From: Chiloscyllium plagiosum
Lineage: Eukaryota
Length of the DNA stretch: 64,000 nucleotides
Direction of reading: 5' to 3'
Assembly: GCF_004010195.1 (NCBI RefSeq)
Contig: NC_057718.1
Location: 55,839,862-55,903,861 of the forward strand
Positions 40,003-52,525 of the stretch are shown here, one piece after another. The notes under the pieces were generated by a model, which had not been told where the DNA came from, searched no databases, and saw only the letters and a program-made list of their open reading frames with translations. Position 1 is the first letter of the stretch. Every line of letters starts with the position of its first letter. The position numbers were made by a program, and so were the translations under genes.

Positions 40003-40453
40003 CCTGGAGGATTTAAGCTATAGGGAGAAGCTGAATAGGCTAGGGCTATTTTCCCTGGAGCGTCAGAGGCTTAGGGATGACCTTATAGAGGTTTATAAAA
40101 TCATGAGGGACATGGGTAGGATAAATAGACAAAAGTCTTTTCCCTGGGGTGGGGGACTCCAGAACTAGAGGGCATAGGTTCAGGGTGAGAAGGGAAAGAT
40201 ATAAAAGGGACCTAAGAGCATTTTTTTCCTGCAGAGGGTTGTGCGTGGATGGAATGAGCTGCCAAAGGAAGTAGTGGAGGTTGGTAGAATTGCAACATTT
40301 AAAAGGCATCTAATTGGGTATATGAGTAGGAAGTGTTTAGAGAAATATGGGCCAAGTGGTGGCAAATGGGACTACATTCGGTTAAGATATCTGGTCAGCA
40401 TGGATAAGTTGGACCGAAGGGTCTGTTTCTGTGCTGTACATTTCTATGACTCT
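40003..40453 (+). mobile_element. CR1 LINE 3' fragment
   Basis: Same family as 28184-28750. Tail tctatgactct. Confidence 0.9.
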
Positions 40454-41069
40454 GTTATGCAGTGCTATCTTTTTCAGAAAAATGCCACAGTGTGAGATCG
40501 TGTTCACCCTACCAGTCAAATCTGCACAAATAAGTCACACAAAAGCAAAAATAAAAGCAACAGGACAATGCTAAATTTACATAAAAATATTAATTTTTAA
40601 TCAACAAAATCTCTATTGTGTCCTTTTTATGAATCTTTAAGGTGAATCTTTAGTTAGACAATTGGTTTATCATGGCAGCAGGTGCCAAATTGAGGTGACA
40701 ATAAAACATAATTCATGGCATAAAATAAAATATTGTAGAATCATAATTTCACCATTCATATAAGCACAATATTTTGCAAAATCCAGTTTTAATTTAATTT
40801 ACAGAATTTATTTAATTTACAGAAAAAACAAAAGGTTCACGACTTTCTGCATTTGTGTTAAATTCCACGGATCATGTGTCATCGGTTTGTGTTCATTAAC
40901 CTCTCAATCATTTACAGACTGTTTCTGGGTTTTATAAAGTAAAGAACTAGGCTCTCTCTTAGTCTTTGCCGACAAAGCTATACCCAAATGTTCCCATTTT
41001 GAAGAGATACGGAATTATAGCTACATTGCACAATTATGCATCTGGGTTCTGCTGATTTGATATACCCTT

Positions 41070-41290
41070 TACAACAATAACTTGTACTTATGTAGCAACT
41101 TTAGAGTAGAAAACATCCCAATGGACTACCTATAGGAATTATCACCCAAATTTAACCTTATCTGCATGAAGGAATATTGGAAAAGTGACTGAAAGCTTGA
41201 CTAAGAGGTTTCAGGAGGAAATTCCTGAGTTTAGGGCCGAGACACAAAGGCACAGTCACTAATGTGAAATAAAGAAATCAGAGATTTGCA
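41070..41290 (-). mobile_element. Old L2-like 3' tail relic
   Basis: Minus strand ends ...gctacataagtacaagttattgttgt, resembling L2 3' termini. Confidence 0.45.
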
Positions 41291-41547
41291 AGAGGCTAAA
41301 ACTGGAGAATTGCACTTCATCGGACGCGGAAGCAAGCATCTTTCTTACAAGGCTGATGACATAATATAATTTGGATAGATTTCAATACTCAAAATACTTG
41401 TGGAGACAGCAGGCAAATTTACCTCCAGAAGTCCCCAAATCTCTTGGGAAAATCATTCACAGGACAACCAGAGAAATGCCACCCTCCTCACCTTGTAAAC
41501 AACAGAATTGCCAAGAGGCCATATTTTGCCACAATTAGTCTATCAAA

Positions 41548-41838
41548 GCTAGAGGACATTGGTTTAAAGGTGAGAGGAGAAAGATTTAAAATGCACCCGA
41601 GGAGTAAGTTTTTCACAGAGAGTATAGTGCATATATGGAACGAGCTGCCAGAGGAAGTAGTAGAGGCAGGTACAATTACAATATTTAAAAGACTTTTGGA
41701 CAGGTACGTTAATAGGAAAGGTTTAGAAGGACATTAGCAAAACACAGGCAAATGAGACTAGTTCAGTTTAGGAAATCTGATCCACCTGGATGAGTTGGGC
41801 CAAAGAATCTGTTTTCATGTTGTATGACTCAATGACTA
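41548..41838 (+). mobile_element. CR1 LINE 3' fragment
   Basis: LKVRGERFK...WNELPEEVVEAGTI motif plus tail. Confidence 0.88.
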
Positions 41839-42182
41839 GCACTTTGAGATATTACAATTTTTTAAAAACTTCATATGAGAACTGGTTATATAATTTTGAA
41901 TTTTGGTAGTAGGGAAGGAGATTAGTATTGACAAGCACACAAAATATTTATCTAAAGAAAGCCAAAATGGATTAGTTTTTCTTTATTTTCTGTTATTTAG
42001 TGCAGTACAAATTATGGATAATTAATCCAGAAAAAAAACTTATTAAAATTATCAGCAAAAAGTAAAATATCAACAAAAATATCTAGTTGAGGTATAGTAT
42101 ACATGCTTCTGTATTGTCAAGGTTTACTAATACTAGGTATATAAAGTCATCATAACCAAAACCTGGTAGAAAATTGAACTAA

Positions 42183-42398
<216 letters not shown>

Positions 42399-42543
42399 TA
42401 GAAAATATATTCATAATTTGAGTATTTTCTTAACCAGTAAACAGCTATATTTCAAATACGTAACTATTTTCATCTTTGTAATAAATTGAAATTTTACAAT
42501 TATCTCACAAATCCACCAGACAGCAACAATATATTACCCCCAG

Positions 42544-45500
42544 TGTCACAAAACTGCATTTTCTTAATACCCCCCACTAAATCACCCATTTGAAAGATTA
42601 AACAATAACAAGCACAGAGGCAGTACAGCAACAGCAAAAATAGGAAAAGATAAGCGGAGAAGGAGGAAGTGAAATTAAAATGGAATTGGAGGGGAAAAAA
42701 CTGCATGCAGTTACTTTTCCAACAAATTAGTTTCAGACTTTTTAAATCAAGCATAATACTCAGTAGTTTTGTTGCCTCTCTCTGTCTGAGACAACAATTA
42801 ACCCCAATGGAAGGGAGTATAGAAGGCACAGAGCACACTTTAACTTAACTAGTTCACTCTTTTATTCTCAAAAATATCAAATATCAAAATTATTCCCAAA
42901 TGTAAATCACAAATAATTAAGGGAAACCACACTAGTCACCCTTCTGCTCATTTCCCAGGAATGGTCAGCTGGCCAGGGGAGGCTGGCCAGTGCCTTTGTT
43001 GTCTTTGCCCCAACTCCTGGCAAGGAGTTCCTTGAACATTGTTATTCTCTGGAGAGTTCCAGTCGTGCTCCATTTATGGATAATCTTTATCCAGTCTGCA
43101 ATGAATTGTTGAATGAGAGAAGGTCCGCAGCTTCAAACTGTCACAAATCTTCATGCGTGTCATTTCAACGGAAGGATAGAGTTACACACAATTTCTCATT
43201 AGGTTCAGGCTTAAACAAAATTTTGGAGCCAGTGACTAAATCAGAAGGAACATTACTAATCGCCACATTATGCCCATTCAAAGCACACCATTTCCATCCG
43301 TTTTGGTATCCCCACATCTCCTCCAAACATGCGACCATTACTGTGACATTTGTTCAAACATGAAATATGCCCTGCTCACAATCAAACAACATTATCCCCT
43401 CCTGTTCTTAGAAAACATCAGTCACAGTATTCACTGCGGAAGGAGCTCCATTCAAAGGAAAATGATGATAATGATCCTCCACATTCTTGTTGATTCTTCT
43501 TCCTAGAAAACTAATATAGTTTATGCTCTTATTTGCAGTCAATCTGATTTTGTTCCAATGACAGAACCTGCACCCCTTGGGTTACTTCAGGCACATCTGG
43601 TACCTCTTGTACTCTCCCTGTTTTTCTCTTCGTCCATCTGGACTGAAAAGGAGTATGTCGATCTCTATCCTTCTTTTTCTGCTTTCTCCATTGGGAGATA
43701 ATCAGTGTACAATTTGGTATTGGTCTGTTACATTGCATTTCTATGAGGGGGATCTCAATGGAATCCATTTCTTGTCCTACCTGTGGCTCGGGTTTCTCAA
43801 CATCCTCCCCATCTTCCTGGTTGTCCCAGTGTTCTCAGCCACTTTCTCAAAACCAATCTAGCATGAGGTCTTCCCATTCTTCCATCCGGAAATTCCTTTG
43901 GCTGCAAAAAAATCCAACATAATGTGCTGATTATGATGATATTGTTTTCGTCTCCCCCAGAAGATTTCATTTGATTTGTATGACATCACCCACCCTTGCT
44001 AGGGGCTGTTAGAACCTTGTATAAAGAGGGCCTGGCTTTATCAATTACTTCATATGGTGCTGCAAATCTGGGGGCTAAAAAGAATGTTGTCTAGTGGATG
44101 GAGATCATTACTTGTTGACCCACCTATAACTCTACTAGCTTTGCCTTTGAATCAAAATGAGCTTTACTTTGTTGATTCCTTTTTCCCATGTTATTAGCTG
44201 CTCCGTGATTAGCTTTCTTTACCCTTTCAATTATCTGTTGAACCCACCTGTTCCTTGTTATGTTGTCAACTCTTGGTTCTGAGAGGTCCAACTCTAGCAA
44301 GGGCTCTAATGCCCTTATCTTTCATCCTGTCATCAATGTGTAATGGGTAAATCCAATAGAGAAAGACCCAGTGCTTCTTATTATCATCAGGACATGAGGA
44401 AACACTGTCAATCAAGTGGTCATATACTGTTACATCATCTTAGCCAACATATTCTTCAAAGTTCGATTCATTCTTTCTACTATCCCACTGGAGCAAATAG
44501 AATATGTGGAACTCTTGTTTTATCCCTGGTAATGTCATGACATTCTGCATTACTTGCGCTGTAGAATGCAATCCTTAATCTGATTCAGTACTCCTTGGTA
44601 AACCCCAACATGTAAAGACTTTATCTAACAGGATCTTGACCATACTTTTAGCAGTATCGGTTCAAGTAGAGAATACCTCTACCCATTTGGTGAAGGTATC
44701 CACCGTCACTAGGGTATGCTTATATCCTCCTGTAGTTGGGGGTAGTGGACCCACAAAGTCTATCTGCAAGTTTGTCCAAGTCTTTCAACTGGCCCAGTAC
44801 GTCTTAAAGCTCATTTCTTAACATTCCTATCCGGGTTATGTTGTGCACATATCAAGCAATTCTTGACATAATGCACCATGACTCCCTTCATGTGTGGCCA
44901 CCAACACACTTCCTTAAGTCTTTCCAGGCTTTCTTTGCTCCTTAGTGCCTGCGAATGTTATGAAAGCAGTGTATCAGTTGGTTCCTTTCCTTCTACAAAG
45001 TTCCCACTGCATAGAACAATTACATCTCTTACATGAAGTCCCTTTTGTTCATCACAACCCAATTTCTCTTCCTTTAGAAATGTTTGTAATTCAGTATCCC
45101 TCCTCTGTTCTCCTGTTAAGTCTGTGGGGGTCTTTCCTTTCTCTTTCTGTGCTCCTATTTCGTCACTCTGCAACTGCCACTCTTTGCTATTACCCCATGT
45201 TTAGCCAATTAATTGGCGGCACGTGGCACAGTGGTTGACACTGATGCCTCACAGCACCAGAGACCTGGGTTCAATTCCCGCCTCAGGCAACTGTCTGTGT
45301 GGAGTTTGCACATTTTCCCCATGTCTGCGTGGGTTTCCTCCGGGTGCTCCGGTTTCCTCCCACAGTCCAAAACAAAATGTGCAGGTTAGGTGAATTGCCC
45401 ATAGTGTTAGGTGAAGGGGTAAATGTAGGGGAATGGGTCTGGGTGGGTTGCTTTTCGGAGGGTCGGTGTGGACTTGTTGGGCCGAAGGGCCTGTTTCCAC

Positions 45501-48268
45501 ACTGTAAGTAATCTAATCTAATTTTAATTTGCCTTTGTTTTCCTCTGGTGATAACTTGGTATCAGCTTTTTCTTTGATCACTCCATATTCTTTCCCCTTT
45601 GCCTTTTATACCTTATACCTTAGCAATGGGACAGACAGTAGGGCTTTCCCATCTGCTGATACAAACCCTTTCACCTCCCATAAGAGTAGATATTCCATCA
45701 GGCTGTTGTACACATGAGTATTGTCTGAGCAGATAATAGATCCTGAGGGATATATCACTGGGTGTCTCACTATGTATGCCACTGCTGCCAACTTAGCTGC
45801 TTGAGCACTTATGGTCTTTGGCAGTTTCAGGACTATACTATCCATTTCCTGTCATTATTATTCTCTACGTACAAACCACCTTTTGTCTTTCTTTCCCCAG
45901 TGTGTAAATATGAATGGATTGACCAAAATCCTTTGTTAATGTCTAATACTGTAAAACATTGTGCTAACTCGCTTTGGTTAGTCATAGTTTCAAGGCTAGT
46001 AGCCACTGTAAGGGCTGCCATAGGCATGACTTTATTTAATTCCCTTAGGTCAGTGGTTAATTGCCAGCTCCCTTCTGGCTTTTCAACTGGCCAAATTGGA
46101 GAATTATTAGTCCTGGCAACAGGTCACAATATTCCCTGAGTTACTAAACTCTGGATTACTTTCTCCTTCTACTATTTGAGGAACTCTTATTGTTTCTATA
46201 TCTCCTTGGACACAAATTTCCCTCCTGTTTGATTTTAGCAAAAGCATTTTGATTCTGTATGGACTGGATTGTTGGATCCCAGGTCATATCTACATTTCTC
46301 CCACTGTGCAAACTCATTTCCAGTATTGACCAACAGGTATTTCAGCAATAGAATGTTCCTTGCTCCTCCCTGATATCTGCCAGTTCATCAGTTTAGCAGG
46401 TCAAAGCAAAATCCTTACCATGTAATCACTTGTCAAAATAGGTTTCTGCTGCTAGGTAGTCGTAGTAGGACCACACAGTGCTATAAGAGTACAGATCCAA
46501 TCTATACACTTAAAGGACTAGTTACCTATTCTACTTGTAAATGTCCCGTAAATCCAATTAGAATAATTTCTGCCTTTGTTTTTCAGGTATGTTGGTGTAA
46601 AGTGAATGTGTTTAGGGTGGTTCAGGATCCCCCTATGTCCCAAAGAAAAGTGATAGCGTGGCCTCCAACCCTACAGTCCACCAAGGGTGTTCCTGTTCCA
46701 TCCCTCTTGGCATCATACATCTAATTTGGAGGTGCCTGAAATTGTCATTATGAGCTGGGGTACAATCTGCTCATTACCTCCATTGGTAGTATATTATTTT
46801 GTGGCACAGGCTGGGGTCCCTCTAGTGGCAAGCTTTAAGTCTGCATTTAATTTGTCCCTCCCTTCCAAGGGGTTGAACAATCTCGAGCGTAGTGTCCACT
46901 CCTTCACATGATGTGTCCGCTGCCGGCGGTTCCCCTTCACCGCCCTGACATAACCCATCATTTGGTATGGTAGGGATGGGTCTCCCAGCTCAGACCTTTT
47001 CCCTTCGTTTTCCAGGGTATCTAGCATTGTTAGCCAGTGCCATTCTCGTCATATTGGTCTTATTTGGATTTCTCCTTGCCTTATCCCATGCTGTTGTCAT
47101 CCATCTTACTTTCCATGCTTCTATGTGTGTGGTCTCTGTTGGGTCACAAGCCTTTTCTAAATCCTCCATACCATGTGATACAAAGATCTTTCAGTCTTAT
47201 AGATTCTGGTGATCTAAATATTCCAAAACACTGACCAGATTTGGGAATCAAATGCTGTTGGGTGTTACCCCTTTCTCTGCCTACACTTACTTAATAATGC
47301 CACAGGATCATCTCTAATAGCTCCAATAGCTGTTAAAATAGCTTCCTTTAACTGAGTGCAGGTTCCCTGTCCATTAGCTCTTTCTCTTATTAGGGCCAAA
47401 ACAACATTCGGATGCAGGCAGATTAATACTAATTTCTTCTCATCATCTAATCCATGTATCAGTCTCTTGATGTTTGGTTTTGTGAACAGCTCCAGGGGAT
47501 TATCCCCAAGCTGACACGTGCCTACAAATTTGGCAATGTTAGTCAATTCTGAGGGTCCAAAGAGAGTGAAATAGTTAATAGTCCGAGCATTTCCTGCCTC
47601 AGGTACGATTTGTCACTACAGAAGCCATTGGAACAGACAGGGCTGGGCCTTTCTGTTTTCTCTCACAAGGGGATGGGGTCATCCCATTCCTCACTGTACC
47701 CTAGCAGCTCTGTCTCCCCAGTCTACGACTCCACTTCCTTCCCCTTCCTCTTCAGAGATTGGATGTGCAAAGGCACGTGTTATGCTTCGCTGAGTTGTGA
47801 TGTAGCTCCATAACCTCTCTATTTCTCTCACTTTGTGTGGTTCCCCCTTAGTACTACAATTCTCCTGAACTGTTTTATGTACTACATTCATAGCAATCTT
47901 CAAATCATTCATTGCTTTTTCAATGCCTCTTCTCTTGTTCAGATGCCTTCTCATATTTATTTTCCTCTCTCTCTAATTTTTCAAACTGTATCTTATATTG
48001 TTTCATGCGGGTGAAATAATTCTCAGCTTTTTCTGTAAGTCTGTTCATCTCCTTTCAAAGGTCATCTATCTGGCTTCAGCATTTCCTATTGGTTTTCTGC
48101 CCAGTCCTCCAGCAGATAACTGACTGCTACAGTCTTCTGCAACTCTTTAAACTTCCCACCCCTCATGCTATCCTTAACTAAGTTCCAAAGGGTGTTACTG
48201 TGGGCCTCGCATCCAGTACCGTCTTTGTGGTAAATTTGCTGTATTTTGGACACTTCTTGGCCCCGTAC
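42544..48268 (-). mobile_element. Decayed retrovirus-like LTR element (gag-PR-RT-RH-IN plus 3' ORFs), RT core deleted, 5' LTR not found
   Basis: Minus strand motifs: protease ITFLWDIGGS (about 46625-46655), RT NSPIWPVEKPEGSWQLTTDLRELNK and FTVLDINKGFWSI, RNase H SAQAAKLAAV...SDNTHV...GFVSADGK, integrase LQIDFVGPLP...VDTFTKWVEVF. Putative LTR end ...TGTGACA at 42544. Confidence 0.8.
45215..45521 (+). mobile_element. tRNA-derived V-SINE (HE1-like) inserted between RNase H and integrase of the retrovirus-like element
   Basis: A box tggcacagtgg, B box ggttcaattcc, V-like core and (aatct)n tail. Confidence 0.93.
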
Positions 48269-48818
48269 AAGGGGAGGGGAAATGAGAAAACTGGAGAAAT
48301 CTGAGTTCATCCCTTGTGTTTGGAGGGTTCCTAGGCGGAAGATGAGGCACTCTTCCTCCAACCGTCGTGTTCCTATGGTCTGGCGATGGAAGAGTCCAAG
48401 GACCTGCATGTCCTTGGTGGAGTGGGAGGGGGAGTTGAAGTGTTGAGCCACGGGGTGGTTGGGTTGGTTGGTCCGGGTGTCCCAGAGGTGTTCTCCAGTT
48501 TCCTCATTTCCCCTCCCCCCACCTTGTCTCAGTCAAATCCCTCGAACTCAGCACCGCCTTCCTAACTTGCAATCTTCTTCCTGACCTCTCCGCCTCCACC
48601 CCACTCCAGCCTATCATCCTCACCTTGACCTCCTTCCACCTATCGCATTTCCAACTCCCCACCCCCAAGTCCCTCCTCCCTCCTCCCTACCTTTTATCTT
48701 AGCCTGCTGGACACAGTTTCCTCATTCCTGAAGAAGGGCTTATGCCCCGAAACGTCGATTCTCCTGTTCCTTGGATGCTGACTGACCTGCTGCGCTTTTC
48801 CAGCAACACATTTTCAGC
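48269..48818 (+). mobile_element. Penelope-like insertion with inverted GIY-YIG part (about 48269-48494 minus) joined to forward 3' UTR
   Basis: Minus strand AQHFNSPSHSTKDMQVLGL...LGTLQTQGMNSDF. Forward part ends aacacattttcagc. Confidence 0.92.
48724..48760 (+). ncRNA. Minimal hammerhead ribozyme motif in Penelope 3' UTR
   Basis: ATTC-CTGAAGA-AGGGC-TTAT-GCCCC-GAAA-CG-TC-GATT. Confidence 0.65.
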
Positions 48819-49702
48819 CATAATTGATGAGGACTCAAACTTGTGTGCCCGGCACATGACCCTTGATGGTGGAACTAATTCTGGTTCTTCTTCACCCAGC
48901 ACTGGCCTTTTGCATTGTCATTGTTGCTAACTTCAACAAGTTCAAATTGCAGCATCAATGGCATGTAGCAAATTGCTTTTGACCAGCATCTGACCACTCA
49001 GTAATTCCAATGTAGTTGCGTTTTTCAAACATTTTTATCAGTGTAATGTTGTGGTGTCCAGAAAACATGGATTCTGCACTTTTAGCCACTAAACTGACTC
49101 TTACTCTGTCCATCCTGAGCATTGTTTCAGCTATTTTCTAGGAGCTGTTCACATGTAAACAGGGACAAGTGATAGCTGGCAATGCAGATTAGGTTGGATG
49201 TCACCAGTACATGGTACTGCCTATCACTAGGTACCTGCCTATTCACTGCATGTTCCCTACTATCACACTACCCTGACAGTCTATTTCAACCCATCCCCCA
49301 AAAGGGAGACCCACCATATTGAACTTCATCCAGAACTGTTCTCCCTGCCTTGGAACCTGAATTACACCTTGATGATGCCCATCTTGTTGTTTTATCATCT
49401 CCCAATGGAGGCCACGGTGTTGGTCAGAGTTAATAATGCTCCTTCTTACAGTCCGAATTTCACCCATTGAACTTGTGATCTCCCCAACATTGTCATAATC
49501 TTCATTACTGTAAATCCCTCTGCTTCTGTCCTTGACTCCCCTACTCCTTGTCATTTAATCCCGCTGTGCCTATAGACACTCTTTGAACTCTCCTGAAAGA
49601 TCAACAAATGGACATTGAGGACTCTATTCTCTCCAGACCTCTGACAGAAGAGATCCTAGACATGATTGTCCAGATCCCTGATTGGTGTATTTTCAAATCC
49701 CC

Positions 49703-49872
49703 TGCATCCTCTGGCAGCTCATTCCATACACGTACCACCTTCTGTGTAAAAAAGATCCCCCTTAGGCCTCTTTTATATCTTTTCCCTCTCACCCTAAACC
49801 TATGCCCTCTAGTTCTGAACTCCCCCACTCCAGGGAAAAGACTTTGTCTATTTACTCTATCCATGCCCCTCA
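49703..49872 (-). mobile_element. CR1 LINE fragment
   Basis: RVNRQSLFPGVGEFRTRGHRFRVRG...WNELPE. Confidence 0.88.
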
Positions 49873-50807
49873 TTCTTCACATCCAGGTCCTCTGGTTTAC
49901 CTCTTTATCTCTGGTCACTTACTTGTAGTTGCAGCTACAATTTGATCTGTGGCATTTTCCTTCTGAGTTCCCTTTTAGGACTCATTCTTACATACTCCAC
50001 ACAAATACCATGGATTTCCATTGTAACTTATGGTATTCTGAATAAATTTGTCCCACTTTATCACAGTGGAAGAATTTCAGCCTTCAATTTTCACCTTCAT
50101 CCTCAGTACTTTACTTTTTGATCTTAGGAAAAGATGTTGGGCCATTCCTAGCCATTTGTGATGCATTCAGCATCACACTTTCTATCCTTTTCAAATTTGT
50201 GATGAAAGGGAAAAAACATGTTAGGTTGTGGATTAGCTCATAATCATCTACTTCTGCATAATCATTACTTCTACCAACTGAACAATTGCAACTCTATAGT
50301 CCTCCACATGGGTTCTTATTATGGAAGGTAATGAGTTTTTAAAAGAAGAATCTCTCTTCATACATAGTTTCAGCTGCTCATGCTCTTATCAATCTGTCAG
50401 AATTACTTTCCTTGGCTCTGAAATTCAGCATTGGTGTACTTGGCTGTTTGCTTAAACTTCAAAACCATCCCCTAAATGCCTCGGGCACTAACACTTATGC
50501 AGCCAATATGTCATAGAAACCTCCCCTGAGAGAAAAGGGTAAATTTCCTGTGCTTTACCTATCACCTTACTCTACATGGGCAACGTCCAAGTTCTCTTTA
50601 ACAAATTCATTTGATTCACCTCCTCCTCAAAATATACAACGAATGCCTCCACATCTTTTTCTTCAAATTCTGCCGTGTAACTATTCCCCTACTGTGTTTT
50701 AGATTATGAGTCAGCTTCTAAGTCAGCATCTGATGTCTTTTTTTTGGACAGGCATCATTTTAAGCTGATATTCATGTTTTATCCCTTTTTCTCTTGTCTC
50801 TCTTTCA

Positions 50808-51585
50808 GAGTCATAGAGTCTTAGAGATGTACTGCATGGAAACAGAACCTTCAGTCCAACCAGTCCATGCCGACCAGATATCCCAACCCAATCTAGTCCC
50901 ACCTGCCAGCACCTGGCCCATATCCCTCCAAACCTTTCCTATTCATATACCCATCCAAATGCCTCTTAAATGTTGCAATTGTACCAGCCTCCACCACTTC
51001 CTATGGCAGCTCATTCCATACACGTACCACCCTCTGCGTGAAAAAGTTACCCTGTAGGTCTCTTTTATATCTTTCCCCCTCTCACTCTAAACCTATGCGC
51101 TCCAAGTCTGGACTCCCCAACCCCAGGGAAAAGACTTTGCCTATTTACCCTATCCATGCCCCTCAACTTTATAAACCTCTATAAGGTCACCCTTTAGCCT
51201 CTGACGCTCCAGGGAAAACAGCCCCAGCATGTTCAGCCTCTCCCTATAGCTCAAATCCTCCAACCCTGGCAACATCCTTGTAAATCTTTTCTGAACCCTT
51301 TCAAGTTTCACAACATCTTTCCGATAGGAAGGAGACCAGAATTGCACGCAACANNNNCAATACTCTGACCAATAAAAGAAAGCATACCAAATGCCGTCTT
51401 CACTATCCTATCTACCTGCAACTCCAAATTTCAAAGAGCTATGAGCACTCCAAGGTCGCTTTGTTCAGCAACACTCCCTAGGATCTTACCATTAAGTGTA
51501 TAAGTCCTGCTAAGATTTGCTTTCCCAAAATGCAGCACCTCGCATTTATCTGAATTAAACTCCATCTGCCACTGCTCAGCCCATT
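50808..51585 (-). mobile_element. CR1 (HER1-like) LINE 3' part, running into a gap
   Basis: WAEQWQMEFNSDKCEVLHFG and QFWSPSYRKDVVKLERVQKRF, plus 3' tail. Confidence 0.93.
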
Positions 51586-52215
51586 NNNNNNNNNNNNNNN
51601 NNNNNNNNNNNNNNNNNNNNNNNNNNNNNNNNNNNNNNNNNNNNNNNNNNNNNNNNNNNNNNNNNNNNNNNNNNNNNNNNNNNNNNNNNNNNNNNNNNNN
51701 NNNNNNNNNNNNNNNNNNNNNNNNNNNNNNNNNNNNNNNNNNNNNNNNNNNNNNNNNNNNNNNNNNNNNNNNNNNNNNNNNNNNNNNNNNNNNNNNNNNN
51801 NNNNNNNNNNNNNNNNNNNNNNNNNNNNNNNNNNNNNNNNNNNNNNNNNNNNNNNNNNNNNNNNNNNNNNNNNNNNNNNNNNNNNNNNNNNNNNNNNNNN
51901 NNNNNNNNNNNNNNNNNNNNNNNNNNNNNNNNNNNNNNNNNNNNNNNNNNNNNNNNNNNNNNNNNNNNNNNNNNNNNNNNNNNNNNNNNNNNNNNNNNNN
52001 NNNNNNNNNNNNNNNNNNNNNNNNNNNNNNNNNNNNNNNNNNNNNNNNNNNNNNNNNNNNNNNNNNNNNNNNNNNNNNNNNNNNNNNNNNNNNNNNNNNN
52101 NNNNNNNNNNNNNNNNNNNNNNNNNNNNNNNNNNNNNNNNNNNNNNNNNNNNNNNNNNNNNNNNNNNNNNNNNNNNNNNNNNNNNNNNNNNNNNNNNNNN
52201 NNNNNNNNNNNNNNN
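51586..52215. other. Assembly gap (N run)
   Basis: Seen directly. Confidence 1.
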
Positions 52216-52525
52216 GTGGCACAGTGGTTAGCACTGCTGCCTCGCAGCGCCAGAGACCCGGGTTCAATTCCCGCCTCAGGCGACTGACTGTGTGGAGTTT
52301 GCACATTCTCCCCGTGTCTGCGTGGGTTTCCTCCGGGTGCTCCGGTTTCCTCCCACACTCCAAAGATGTGCAAGTCAGGTGAATTGGCCATGCTAAATTG
52401 CCCGTAGTGTTAGGTAAAGGGGTAAATGTAGGGGTACGGGTGGGTTACGCTTCGGTGGGTCGGTGTGGACTTGTTGGGCCGAAGGGCCTGTTTCCACACT
52501 GTAAATAATCTAATCTAATCTAATC
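52216..52525 (+). mobile_element. tRNA-derived V-SINE (HE1-like), CpG-rich young copy
   Basis: Close match to 45215-45521, with (aatct)n tail. Confidence 0.93.

Noticed and set aside
45215..45290. tRNA gene (also 52216, 55800 and 60600 regions)
   Set aside because: The A and B boxes continue into a SINE core and tail, with no complete cloverleaf.
49230..49700. Possible L1/Tx1-type LINE relic
   Set aside because: A single weak motif (LSRPLTEEI) is not enough support.
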